Shown: in pieces, positions 31,226 through 41,416 of the stretch
Layout: every line of letters starts with the position of its first letter
How positions within the stretch are numbered: the stretch's first letter is position 1
Assembly (NCBI GenBank): GCA_963845755.1
Contig: CAWJTV010000005.1
Coordinates: 704,001 to 768,000, forward strand
Length of the DNA stretch: 64,000 nt
Source of the DNA: an uncultured Planctomycetota bacterium
Lineage (GTDB): Bacteria; Planctomycetota; Planctomycetia; Isosphaerales; Isosphaeraceae
Direction of reading: 5' to 3'
Notes under the pieces: model-generated
What the model was told of the DNA's origin: nothing
Databases searched by the model: none
What the model saw: only the letters and a program-made list of their open reading frames with translations
Position numbers and translations under genes: made by a program

Positions 31226-32859
31226 TCAGTTCGCGGATCGAGGATTGTGGGCTGAGTGGGATCCGGGTTTGGAATCGGGAAGGCTGGTTTTGGAATCCCG
31301 TCTCGATGACGGCGCGTTTCGTTCCAGTGGCGTCTGCACGCCGTCCATGAAGTGGTTCCAGCCGCGGGCGAGGCCATCGAGATCACGTCCAAAGGCTCGC
31401 TGGAAGGTGTTGAAGAAGCGATCTCCACGGGCGCGCTGAGGCACGGCACCTCCGTCGGCCTGAGCATCAGGATTGCGAAGCAGGTCGATGAACGTCAGGA
31501 ACTGCCCAGGGTGTTCGGTGCGCAGGTAATAGACCAAAGCCCAGGCTTGAGCATAGAGTTCTTGCTGGTAGCCACGGCCGAAGCCGGCGTCGCGGACTAG
31601 TTGCTCCAGTCTCGCTGGGGATCGGATGTTACGCCAGTCGGTAAGTCGCAGGTCGTGGGCGCGGCCGATGCCTGCCCATCGGCCGCCCCGGATCACCTCG
31701 AACTGTGCGGCGAAACCCTCATGTAGCCAGTAGGGGAATGCGTCGTGATGCGGCAATAACCCACTGTCGGCCGCCAGTTGGTGGATCATCTCGTGGGCCG
31801 CCGTTCCGAGGTCGATCGATCGCCAGTCCAGATCCAGAAGTGCCGTTCGGAAGACAGCCTCGCGCTCCAGTCGGTCGATGATCGCTCGACCCTCGGCGCG
31901 CCCGACGTTCTTCGCCGGCTCGTCAGCCAGCTTGACACGGATCCGTCCTCGTCCCGGCATTTGTTCGATTGCCTCGGTCAGTTGTCGCAGCTCAACTCGA
32001 CGTGCAGAAAGGTTGCGCGCGCGGCACGTTGTTTCTCGCTACTGCGAGAGTCGTACGCAACCACTGCGTCCCAGGTTGGGTGGAAGTATCCGCTCGTCGT
32101 GACGAACGCGTCGGCTCCTTGCTGGTGGAGGAAGGCCAGGTAGTCCTTCCGTTCCGCAAACCAGGCCGACACCAGCCGCTGTCGAGGCACACTCAACTCA
32201 ATACCCTGGGCGCCGAAGAGGAGATGAAAGCCCGCGATCACCCGCTCCAGGAGGGCAATGCGCTCATTCGCTTCCGTCTCCGAGTGCTGGTGGAGCAAGA
32301 CCACGTGCGGACCATGCGCCACCTGAAACTTGATCTTCAATGCGTGACGGAAGGCCAACAGGTCGGGATCTGCGCAGGGCCGTTCGAGCCGATCCAGGGC
32401 CGCAACCATGCGAGCCGTCGGGCCGTGCTTCGGGTCCATCGCGTGGAGCTCGCGCAGTTCGGCCGGGACTTCTGCCGTCAGTCCGTTTTCGATAGCCCAC
32501 CAGACCGCTGCATATCGTGCCGGGAATCCCTTGTCCCGTGCCTCCCGCCTTCGCGCTTCCCACTCCGTTGCCGGCCAGAACCCCGGGACTCGCTTGATGA
32601 GGTCTTCGCTCAAGAGCGCGACCTTGCCGTCTGGCATTCCTAGTACGATCCGGCTCCCGTTGACAGTTGTTGGGAGTTGTGCCTCTCCCCCTTTACGAAA
32701 GTAGAGGAGGTCGCCTCTGGCGACCAGCTCGATCAATCCGGCCTCATGACCGATGACCATGATCAGGCCGAGAACTATCGCAGATCTGAGCCGTCCCGTG
32801 GCAATTATGGATTTCACGCTCTCAACCCCGACGGGCGACCACCGGCCAGACCGCCTCAA
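31226..32859 (-). CDS. DUF1570 domain protein (zincin-like), frameshift near 31990, start uncertain
   Basis: SGYFHP, AHEMIHQL (HExxH), WLHEGFA, YAQAWALVYYL. Confidence 0.8.
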
Positions 32860-34072
32860 CGGCCTCGCCGCGCACGACGAAAATGCGGTCGTAAAGGTTA
32901 ACGGTGGGATCGCAGTGCGTCACGAAGAATTCGATTCGGTCGCCGAGCTTCGGAAGCGATGCGCCGGGCTGGGCCGTGACCAGGCCGAATTCGTCGCCGC
33001 CGAATTGGTAAGTCAAACCCTCACGATTCTTGGCCAGTGGCTTGCCTCCCGAGTCGGTCGCGAATGCCTTGATGCCGGCGTTGACGGTCACTCGATGGGA
33101 GTCGCTCAGGCTAACGACCGTGGTCAGCACCGTGAGGCTGTATGCGAAGTCGTGATAGTGCTGGTCGCCATCGCTGCCGCCGATGTCGCGGTAGCCATTG
33201 TCCATGAAGACGTAAGAGCCAGCCTGGAGTTCGATGCCTCCCGGCAGTTCGGAGTCGATATTGTAGGTTCCCGTACTACCGCCCGAAAGGAGAGCTGAGT
33301 CTAACCCCTTGGCTTGGAAGAGGTTGCGAGTATCTATCGCCAGTGTCATCGCTTCCCGCGACCCCCTTTTCCGTTCCGAGAAGCCGATGATATGGGAAGA
33401 GCGCCCCGAATACGCCTGGAGACCTCGAAGTCGAAGCCATTTGCTGCCGTCGATCCGTTCAGCGAGTTCCACCGCCGGCTGGCCGGGAGGAGAGCCGGTC
33501 CGATGGTCGCCGACATCGAGATCCACCAGGACGTTCACGCAGACCTGTCGTGCAGAGGCGGCTTCCGCCAGCAGGTCGGCTTCGAATGCGTGACCTACCG
33601 CCAACATAACCGTTTGATCCTTGCGTGCCAGTTCCACCATGCGGGCAACCTTGCCGACCTCCACGATGGGTGAGGTCAGCAGCACGCCGCTGATTCCGGC
33701 CGCAACCATCGCCTCCGCTTCGGCGACCGTTGCCACGGAGATTCCTCGCGCACCGGAAGCCACCTGGCGCCGGGCGACTTCCGGACACTTGTGCGTCTTG
33801 GCATGTGGCCGAAAGGTACTGCTACTGGCCCGGCAATGCGCCGCCATTTTTTCAATGTTGGTCTGAAACCGGTCGAGGTCCACGAGCAAAGCGGGCGTGG
33901 GCAAGTCATCCTTGGTGCGGACCTCCAGCACAGCCGGCCGAGCTTCCACTCCGGGGCCAACCGGATCGGACGCAGCGACCAACCCCACGGCGCCAAGTCC
34001 CATCGTGCCTGAGGCCAGGAACCGGCGCCGCCTCCAGGACGTTGTCGTCGCGCCTGTTGGTTGAGTTTCCAT
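32822..34072 (-). CDS. DSD1 / D-threonine aldolase family PLP enzyme (fold type III) with Tat-like N-terminus
   Basis: TPALLVDLD, RPHAKTHK, GGSTGT, ELQAGSYVFMD, HCDPTVNLYD; N-terminal RRRRFL plus hydrophobic stretch. Confidence 0.9.
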   Translation of the reverse strand: METQPTGATTTSWRRRRFLASGTMGLGAVGLVAASDPVGPGVEARPAVLEVRTKDDLPTPALLVDLDRFQTNIEKMAAHCRASSSTFRPHAKTHKCPEVARRQVASGARGISVATVAEAEAMVAAGISGVLLTSPIVEVGKVARMVELARKDQTVMLAVGHAFEADLLAEAASARQVCVNVLVDLDVGDHRTGSPPGQPAVELAERIDGSKWLRLRGLQAYSGRSSHIIGFSERKRGSREAMTLAIDTRNLFQAKGLDSALLSGGSTGTYNIDSELPGGIELQAGSYVFMDNGYRDIGGSDGDQHYHDFAYSLTVLTTVVSLSDSHRVTVNAGIKAFATDSGGKPLAKNREGLTYQFGGDEFGLVTAQPGASLPKLGDRIEFFVTHCDPTVNLYDRIFVVRGEAVEAVWPVVARRG

Positions 34073-34364
34073 CGAAGGCTTTACCTCGAAAACGAGGGAC
34101 AGGAGAATGATCGCAAGATCGATGTTAGCCGCGAAAGGGCTCGGCGGCAACCTGTGGTCATCAACACTCGATCCACGTAACGGTGGACGACTCGCGACAG
34201 TCGTGCAAACTCGCGAGACATCCTCCGCGATGGTGTTCTAGCATTGAGTTGCTGCACCATGAAATGCCTGCTCGAACCGTGCAGGTCCTCGAAGCAGAGA
34301 CCGGACGAAACACGACGAGCACGTTGACCAGCCACCCTGGTGCGTGATCCACGCGAGACGCGTC

Positions 34365-36857
34365 ATGCCCAATAGTTGCGCCGAATTTCGGGACGAGGAT
34401 CCCGGGGACCTCGTGCCCCGTTTTTCGGTGATCTCACCATCCAACATCGTTGTTGTGACACCGAGCGATTCAGGGCCGGATGGGACGGCCGGCATCGAAG
34501 AGCGTGGTGTACATACACCCACAATCGATCCGAGTCCGGCGAGGGTCAAGGTTCGGCCCGAAGGAGCGACGGCGCGATACGAGGTACTTTGGCCCCATGC
34601 CTGTGGGGGCTTGGGTCGAGTCTACGTGGCCTGTGACAACGAGCTCCATCGCCGAGTCGCACTCAAGGAGATCCAGCCCGTCCATGCGGAAGATCCGGTC
34701 AGCCGCGAGCGTTTTGTGTTCGAGGCGCAAGTCACGGGGAATCTGGAGCATCCGGGAATCGTGCCGGTCTACGGCATGGGATGGCGGCCGGACGGTCGCC
34801 CGTACTACGCGATGCGGTTCATCGAAGGGGAGGATCTCGCGGCGGCGACCCGTCGGTTTCACGCGAATGGTGCCCCTGATTTCTACGGTCGAGAGTTCCG
34901 CTGGCTATTGCGTCGTTTCGTTAACGTCTGCAATACGATCGGCTACGCTCACAGCCGTGGCGTTTTACACCGAGACATCAAGCCTGGCAACATCATGCTT
35001 GGCCCGTTCGGCGAGACGATGGTCATGGATTGGGGCGTCGCCAAGACGCTTGACGGTCACGAGCCGAATGCGGGTTCGATGGACGCCGCGATACCAAACC
35101 GTGCCTCGAAGTTCCGCCCTCGAACGCGTAGTGGCTCGGTAACGATCACGGGCCAGGCCATAGGTACTCCAGCATATATGAGCCCGGAACAAGCCGCAGG
35201 TCAGCCCGAACTCCTGGGACCAGCCAGCGACGTCTATAGTCTGGGTGTCACGCTGTATGTCATGCTAACCGACCGGCCGGCGTTCTCGGGCGAGGCCGAA
35301 GACGTGCTCCGAGACGTCCGGAAAGGGTCTTTCCAACCTCCAAGAGTGATCTCACCGCGCGTGCCGCAGGACCTCAATGCCGTTTGCCTCAAAGCCATGG
35401 CCGTGGATCCGTCACAGCGATACGATTCGACGCTGGCGTTGGCCGAAGAGATCGAGATGTGGCTCGCGGATGAGCCGGTGATGGCCTGCCGGGAACCTCG
35501 GTCGGCCCGAGCACGACGTTGGGTCAAGCGACATCTGCCGATTGTCTCGGGCATGGCTGCTTCCCTCCTCGTGGCCATGGGAGCACTGGCTTTGGCCGTG
35601 CCGATTCTCTCGCTGGCCTGTGCGAACGAGACCGAGGCACGACGGGATGAATCGAGACAACGGGTGATCGCCCTCCAGAAAGCGGCGGAGGCGGATGAGC
35701 ATCGAGTTCGTGCCGAGGAGTCGTTGAAGTTTCTGGTGGAGGCCTTCCGAAAACCCGATCCGTCGGTTGACGGCCGTTCCGTCAAGGTGATCGACCTGCT
35801 CGGTCGCGCCGTCAAGGATCTCGCCGGATCGCTGGCCGGTCAACCGCTGATGCAGGCCACGCTTTACAACGCCATCGGTGAGACGTTCGCCGGACTCGGC
35901 CTGTCGCGCGAAGCCTTGTCTGCCTTCGAGCGGGCCCTCGAGATTCGCCATCAACAGCTCGGTCAAGACCATCCAGAAACACTGAAATCTTGCCAGAACC
36001 TGGCAATGGTCTACCAGGATGACGGGCGGCTCGACCGTGCAATCCCGATTCTCGAGGACACATTGTCGCGGCGCCGGGCCAGCCTGGGCGAGGATCATGT
36101 CGATACCCTCGAGTCCATGAATGACCTGGCCGTCGCTTACTGGCAAGTCGGCCGGCCCAACGAGGCGATCCCCCTATTTGTCAAGGTTCTGCCTGCCGTC
36201 GAGGCCCGACTCGGCCCCGATCACCCTGATGCACTCACTATCATGGACAATCTGGCAGTCGCCTATACCGCGACAGGCCAGCCCGACCGAGCGATCCCGC
36301 TTCACACGTCGGTGCTCGCCGGCTTCCGGGCGAAGTTGGGCGACGATCATCCTGCCACGCTGGTGGCCATGAACAACCTGGCCAAGACGGACCAGGTCAG
36401 TGGCCGGCTCGGCGAGGCAATTCGCCTGCTGGAGAGAACCTCGGACCGGTTGACGGTAAAACTGGGTGACGATCACCCGACCACTCTTACCGTCGTACAC
36501 AGCCTGGCGGGTGCCTATCAGAAGGACGGCCAACTCCAACGCGCTGTCCGTCTGTCGCGCGAGGTCCTGGCGAAACGGCGAACCAAGCTGGGCGACGATC
36601 ACCCCGATACCTTGCTCTCGATCCTGGCACTCGCGAATCAGTGGCTCGATCTACGAAATGACGATCTGGCCGCCCCTCTGCTACGCGAGTTCCTGGACCG
36701 CGCCAAGAAGGGCCATTCACAACTGGCAGCGACGATTCGCGACGCGATCCCTCAGGCAGCACGTCGTCTGGACGACCTCGACCGTTTCAGCGGTCGAAAT
36801 CACCCAGCCGATTCGTCACGGATACCCCCGGACCCACGACAGGACATGCGGCCATAA
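34365..36857 (+). CDS. Ser/Thr protein kinase with TM and C-terminal TPR repeats
   Basis: HACGGLG, VALK, HRDIKPGN, DWGVAK, GTPAYMSPEQ; about 7 LGxDHPxTL repeats. Confidence 0.92.
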   Translation: MPNSCAEFRDEDPGDLVPRFSVISPSNIVVVTPSDSGPDGTAGIEERGVHTPTIDPSPARVKVRPEGATARYEVLWPHACGGLGRVYVACDNELHRRVALKEIQPVHAEDPVSRERFVFEAQVTGNLEHPGIVPVYGMGWRPDGRPYYAMRFIEGEDLAAATRRFHANGAPDFYGREFRWLLRRFVNVCNTIGYAHSRGVLHRDIKPGNIMLGPFGETMVMDWGVAKTLDGHEPNAGSMDAAIPNRASKFRPRTRSGSVTITGQAIGTPAYMSPEQAAGQPELLGPASDVYSLGVTLYVMLTDRPAFSGEAEDVLRDVRKGSFQPPRVISPRVPQDLNAVCLKAMAVDPSQRYDSTLALAEEIEMWLADEPVMACREPRSARARRWVKRHLPIVSGMAASLLVAMGALALAVPILSLACANETEARRDESRQRVIALQKAAEADEHRVRAEESLKFLVEAFRKPDPSVDGRSVKVIDLLGRAVKDLAGSLAGQPLMQATLYNAIGETFAGLGLSREALSAFERALEIRHQQLGQDHPETLKSCQNLAMVYQDDGRLDRAIPILEDTLSRRRASLGEDHVDTLESMNDLAVAYWQVGRPNEAIPLFVKVLPAVEARLGPDHPDALTIMDNLAVAYTATGQPDRAIPLHTSVLAGFRAKLGDDHPATLVAMNNLAKTDQVSGRLGEAIRLLERTSDRLTVKLGDDHPTTLTVVHSLAGAYQKDGQLQRAVRLSREVLAKRRTKLGDDHPDTLLSILALANQWLDLRNDDLAAPLLREFLDRAKKGHSQLAATIRDAIPQAARRLDDLDRFSGRNHPADSSRIPPDPRQDMRP

Positions 36858-37043
36858 CAACCTTAAGCAGGATTGGCATCTCCAGCGAAGGCTTGGCTTC
36901 CCAATCGCTATTGATCCTAGATCACGGGAAGGCCCGAAGAACCCATGTCGCCCAGAGACTCGAGCCTTCGAAACTATTGGCAGTAACGACGCCTTTGACC
37001 TGTCAAGCGTTTCGAATGGCTACTCGGTGGTCGGGAGGAATGG

Positions 37044-37250
37044 ATGCTGGTCTTGAGCCGAAAATCATCGCAACAAATCATGATCGGGCGTGACATCGTG
37101 ATCACGGTCGTGAAGATCGACCGGAACCAGGTTCGACTGGGGATCCAGGCACCCTCGGGCGTCCCAATCCTGCGCCAAGAACTTGTCGCCCATCGAACTC
37201 CGAGTGAAAGTCGAACACTCATCGAGGCCCGGAAGCCAATTGTTGATTGA
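37044..37250 (+). CDS. csrA: Carbon storage regulator CsrA
   Basis: MLVLSRK..VRLGIQAP..ILRQEL; GGAGG RBS. Confidence 0.93.
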   Translation: MLVLSRKSSQQIMIGRDIVITVVKIDRNQVRLGIQAPSGVPILRQELVAHRTPSESRTLIEARKPIVD

Positions 37251-37367
37251 CGCCTGATCCCTGGACTCAGTCCCCTCCTTAACGACTGGTCGCAACCCAC
37301 GGCCTCTCCTCATGATCCTTCGCGATCACGGCGCCCGACGGCACCGAGGAAACGCAAAGTCGTCCCT

Positions 37368-38087
37368 TCAAAAGACGCCGGCTGGCGCCGGCGCTTCGCC
37401 GAACTCCTCATCCTGGCCGGAATAGAGGCGGCGCGCTGCTTCTCCGACCTGGAACGACCCCAAACAGAGGTCGATTTTCGACGAGTGGTTCTTGAGTTCG
37501 CCTTCAGGGTATTCGAAGATCAACGCCACCTGTGTCGGGCTGGTCTTCTCGCCGAACACGTACACCTTGACCTCTTTCGACGCCGGGTGCAGATCGATCG
37601 TCTTGAAAGAGTTGGACTTTCCGTCGAAGCTCTTCGACTCTGGTTTCGGCTTGGATTCGATATCGATCCCGTAGGCATTCTTGAGCATGTCGAGGACATC
37701 GGCCGTGAAATCGCCCCGTACGACTTTGGGAGGTGCGGCCTTGCCTCCCTTCTTGGAGGGCGTTCCCTTCGGTTTGTCGTAACGGGCCACAATGTGCAGG
37801 CTTCCCTTCTCACCGAAGAAGGTATCCTTGATGTCGAACTTCTCGGGCTCGGCCAAGGTGAACCCGAACTCCTGGGCCGGCTTGAGACCAAGGGGCGGGC
37901 GGACGAAGATGGACGAGGTGGCAAGATTCGACTTGGCATCCGCGGGCTTCTCCAGATTCTCATCGAGCCGCTTCTGATTGCGCAGATGTATGTAGGTCTT
38001 GTCGAGGCGAATGTCGTATTGACGAGCGCAGCCAACGACCAGGAGAAAGAGCGTCGCGCTGACCAAGTGTGCAGAGACCCGTTTCAT
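37368..38087 (-). CDS. Hypothetical lipoprotein
   Basis: Lipobox VVGC after a short signal peptide; GAGGTG RBS; strong codon bias. Confidence 0.75.
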   Translation of the reverse strand: MKRVSAHLVSATLFLLVVGCARQYDIRLDKTYIHLRNQKRLDENLEKPADAKSNLATSSIFVRPPLGLKPAQEFGFTLAEPEKFDIKDTFFGEKGSLHIVARYDKPKGTPSKKGGKAAPPKVVRGDFTADVLDMLKNAYGIDIESKPKPESKSFDGKSNSFKTIDLHPASKEVKVYVFGEKTSPTQVALIFEYPEGELKNHSSKIDLCLGSFQVGEAARRLYSGQDEEFGEAPAPAGVF

Positions 38088-38275
38088 CGTTCACCTCGTT
38101 CATGCGAGAGCGGTTGCCGGTCGGGTTGTCTCGTTACCAATCCAATTTCGGTGCGGGACGATGAGATGTCAAGCTGTCCGCGCCGAGGTTTCCTCCAGGA
38201 GCACGCATGTCAATTATTGATTCCCAGACCGCGAGGGCGCCGGAGTCGGGCGAGAGTGCGTCGCCGCTCATGCGC

Positions 38276-38595
38276 ATGAAGGGGGTTGTCCAGATCATTG
38301 CGACAGTGAAGCCGTTCCGCGCCAGGCGGTACTGGACGCCCTCGGATCCATTGACATCCTTGGTGGGACGGTGCGCGAAGCGATGGGCTATGGACGGCAG
38401 AAGAACCGGCTCCAGCAATACCTGGGCAGCGAGTACAATTCATCGTTCGTGCCCAAGGTCGAGTTGACCGTCTTCGTGGAGGAAGCGCTCGCACCGACCG
38501 CGATCAAGGCGATCGTCGGCCAGGCCAGGACAGGACGGATCGGAGACGGTAAAATCCTGGTGCTCCCCTGTGCGGGAGAGTTCCTGAGGTGGTAG
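38276..38595 (+). CDS. P-II family signal transduction protein, frameshift near 38322
   Basis: IIATVKPF, GYGRQK, EY..FVPKV, ARTGRIGDGKI. Confidence 0.88.
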
Positions 38596-38685
38596 GGGTT
38601 GCCGACCCCCTGGAGGATAAGGCAAGAATGGGCGGTTCGAGAGGCTTCGAAAGAATAACCTTAAAATGGCAAATATAGAATTCAA

Positions 38686-38884
38686 AATGAATGCAAGTCC
38701 TCGCAGATCGGGGCTTTGCGTTCATTGAATCTTGCATGCTGAAAGATCTACCCGACCCTTTCAAGAACTCCGAGGTCTGAAGGCTGGATCACGATCAGGC
38801 CTGTTCGGATTCCGCCGACTCCCGTGAGGCTGAGGGATCAAGGTTGAATCGATCGGGTTCGACTCATCATTCATCCCTCAGCCT
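38686..38884. terminator. Two hairpins between convergent genes (terminators or small structured RNA)
   Basis: AATGAATGCAAGTCC / GGGCTTTGCGTTCATT (38686-38726); perfect 12-bp AGGCTGAGGGAT / ATCCCTCAGCCT (38827-38884). Confidence 0.45.
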
Positions 38885-38894
38885 TCCCGGAAGC

Positions 38895-39734
38895 TCAGTG
38901 GGGCGTGTTGATCCATAAGACACGTCGAAGTCGTGGCGGATCGCGATGGTCTTCGAGATCGAGGAGCACGTCTGCAGATACGGCATCCGGGTTCTCGGCC
39001 TTGAGCAAAGCGTATCGTCGATCACATTGCTCGAACCAACGGACGACGGGTTCCCCGTTCAACCAGACGACTACGAGTTTCTTGTGGAGCAGGCTCACGT
39101 CTTCGTCATGTGCCGAGTAGGCGACCGACGCGCCATCCGCCAGGATGGGAGCCATCGCGTTTCCCACGATGCAAACGCAACGGTTTTCGCGCTGGGCAGC
39201 AAGCAATTCCTTGCGTCGGTTCGAAGCGACTTCGTGGGGAACGAATTCGCCGTTCTCGGCCTCAGGATCATCATCGAGATCGAGGGCTGGAGCCGACGTT
39301 CCTACCTGAGAGGACGATGCCTCTGCGACCTCGAAGGCCAGCGGCGCGCCGAGAACCTGATCGCCGCCCGATCCAGGATCCGACCCGCCTTCACTCTCGA
39401 GGATCTGCAATGCGGTCCTCAGCAATGCGCCCACGGTCATCGCCGGCGGCGATGCATCCGTTCGAACGGGAGAAGTGTGGCGGAACTTCGGCCCCTTGCC
39501 GTGAAGCAGCCAGGCGGGCTCGACGGAGGTCAACTCGATGATCTTCAAGACGACCTCAGCCGGAACCGTCACTCCCCCTTCATAGTTGTACCAGGTGCGT
39601 ACCGGGATACCCAACCGACGGGCCATCTCCGGTCCACCGCGATCTCCGAACAACTCCGAGCGCAAGGTCCCCAGCCGCTCGGCCAGGGACAACTTGGCAC
39701 GCACCGACTCAGGAAGCGTTTTGCGACGAGCCAT
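38895..39734 (-). CDS. XRE-type HTH plus S24-like (CI/LexA-like) transcriptional regulator
   Basis: EMARRLGIPVRTWYNYEGG HTH, WLLHGKG, C-terminal IVGNAMAP..DG, LKAENP. Confidence 0.8.
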   Translation of the reverse strand: MARRKTLPESVRAKLSLAERLGTLRSELFGDRGGPEMARRLGIPVRTWYNYEGGVTVPAEVVLKIIELTSVEPAWLLHGKGPKFRHTSPVRTDASPPAMTVGALLRTALQILESEGGSDPGSGGDQVLGAPLAFEVAEASSSQVGTSAPALDLDDDPEAENGEFVPHEVASNRRKELLAAQRENRCVCIVGNAMAPILADGASVAYSAHDEDVSLLHKKLVVVWLNGEPVVRWFEQCDRRYALLKAENPDAVSADVLLDLEDHRDPPRLRRVLWINTPH

Positions 39735-39936
39735 GACGGATTTCCATGGATTTGTGCACGAAGAGGTTTCAGCTCGCAACGAGAGGCAATTCGCCACATC
39801 AGTTCGGGCACTGCAAGCTATTTAAAGCGTTTCTCCGAAGAAATCAACGACCTGCCAGGAAAAACGACAATTTTCTCCGCACGCAAGCTTGAAGTGGCCC
39901 TCCCAATCAACACGAGGCTCGCTCCCTTGGTGAGAA

Positions 39937-39954
39937 TGGTGATTTATATCACCA
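39937..39954. promoter_or_regulatory. Palindromic operator candidate TGGTGAT-N4-ATCACCA
   Basis: Perfect 7-bp arms, about 200 bp upstream of the HTH-S24 gene. Confidence 0.45.
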
Positions 39955-40286
39955 ACGATTGTCTACCATCAGACACGTCTGACTCGCGAACAGAGTTGCA
40001 ATTGAACGCCGAGTTCATCGTTCTGCTTGATGGTTGACGATGTCGCGATCATCGAAGCAACAATCGAGACGCGCATGAATTTGAACGCGGATTCGGCGGA
40101 TCCGAAGGTGTCCGGCATGGATCTTCAAAGCAGCCGTGAATCAACGTCGAGAGTAGGGCGAGTTCGCACCCACAGCGTTCCGAGCCTCTCCTCCATCATT
40201 GACGAGTTTCGAGTCTTCTGGGCAGCGACGGTCAAGTCAAAGAGTGCGATTCGCGTCTCCCCGCAGGTCGAGGAGGAATCCGTTGA

Positions 40287-40904
40287 TCATTCCTCGTCGA
40301 TATCGAGATCTAAGAGGAATTGGGCCACCGCCTCATCTTCCTGTTTGGGTTTAGCCGCTGGTTCCGGTCCGGTCATCCTCGCGGGCGGTGGGACGACCGG
40401 CTTCCGATTTCCGTCGCCCTTGGCAACGGGAGTCGCGGCCGGCGGCGGGCCCTCGGCCTCTGCAAGGGGAATCGTCTCGAATTCCGCCTCGGGTTCGCCT
40501 TCATCGAATTCAATCTCGAATTCGTCTTCGTCACCGATGGCAACGGCCTCGACGACGGCGGTATCTCCCGGCTTGGACTCGGGGGCAGCGTGGGACGCCG
40601 CGACCGGCTGGCCAAGCGTCGCCACACGAAGCGTCACCGCACCGACCGTCAGCTCATCCCCGACCTTGAGGGTCTGCTGGCCGGTAACTCGCTTGCCATT
40701 GACGAATGTACCGTTCGAACTACCGAGGTCCCGGACCGTCAGTTTGCCCCCGACATCGAAGACCTCACAATGTCAACGACTGACCTGGGATGATTTGATG
40801 CGGACAACGCAATCGTCGTGGCGGCCAAGGCTGGTGACGCCGTCGGCCAGCTTGAGCGTCGTGGTGGCGCTGCGGCCGCGAACCACCTGAAGTACGTAAT
40901 TCAT
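40287..40904 (-). CDS. FHA domain protein with acidic tail; in-frame TGA at 40773-40775 (likely consensus error for CGA)
   Basis: LGRHDDC, SQVSR*HC, DLGSSNGTFVNG; single frame from 40904 to 40287. Confidence 0.85.
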
Positions 40905-41238
40905 CGTGGCTTCGTCCCGATGGAATGCCCTGGAGTTTTGCAGCGATGCGGCGAAGATGGGCTCTCCTCATAAATTATCGTCTGGCGGCCGAATACGCAA
41001 ATGGAAAGGTTCCCAGAACTTTCGCGAACCCTGGTTTTTTCGGAGCCCTCAGTCGGTCTCGCTCACCGTCGATGGCGGCTGCCCCAAGGGACTGACCGAT
41101 CGACGTGGTACCCCGGCTTTTGCCGGAAGATGGCTTGCAATCCGGGGCAACGGCGCTATACTGAAATCGGTCGTGGTCTGGACTGCGACCGAGAGGGTTC
41201 TCGGTGCGTTCGCTCCATGTCGAGACCCTGTGGAACAA

Positions 41239-41310
41239 GCGGGAGTAGCTCAGGGGTAGAGCACCACGTTGCCAACGTGGGTGTCGAGGGTTCAAATCCC
41301 TTCTCCCGCT
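41239..41310 (+). tRNA. tRNA-Gly (anticodon GCC)
   Basis: GCGGGAG/CTCCCGC acceptor stem, CCACG-TTGCCAA-CGTGG anticodon arm, GGTTCAAATCC. Confidence 0.97.
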
Positions 41311-41416
41311 CTTGATCGATGCCATCCTGGGTTGGCGGCTCTCGCTCGAGCGCTTTGGTTGCGTGATGGCGGACCAGGCCATCCCGACCTGTTGTCACCC
41401 CGAGGGAACGCCTCTG

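Noticed and set aside
35950..36650. About 126-bp periodic sequence
   Set aside because: It corresponds to the 42-aa TPR repeats of the kinase.
38596..38894. CsrB-like sRNA near csrA
   Set aside because: Only a few scattered GGA motifs and no repeated hairpin-loop pattern.
38895..39734. Prophage marked by a CI-like repressor
   Set aside because: No integrase, structural or replication phage genes flank it.
40773..40775. In-frame TGA in the FHA gene as selenocysteine or an alternative genetic code
   Set aside because: The position is the x of SRxH (Arg CGA expected), TGA terminates many genes here, and it lies in the GTCGAC-type error context.
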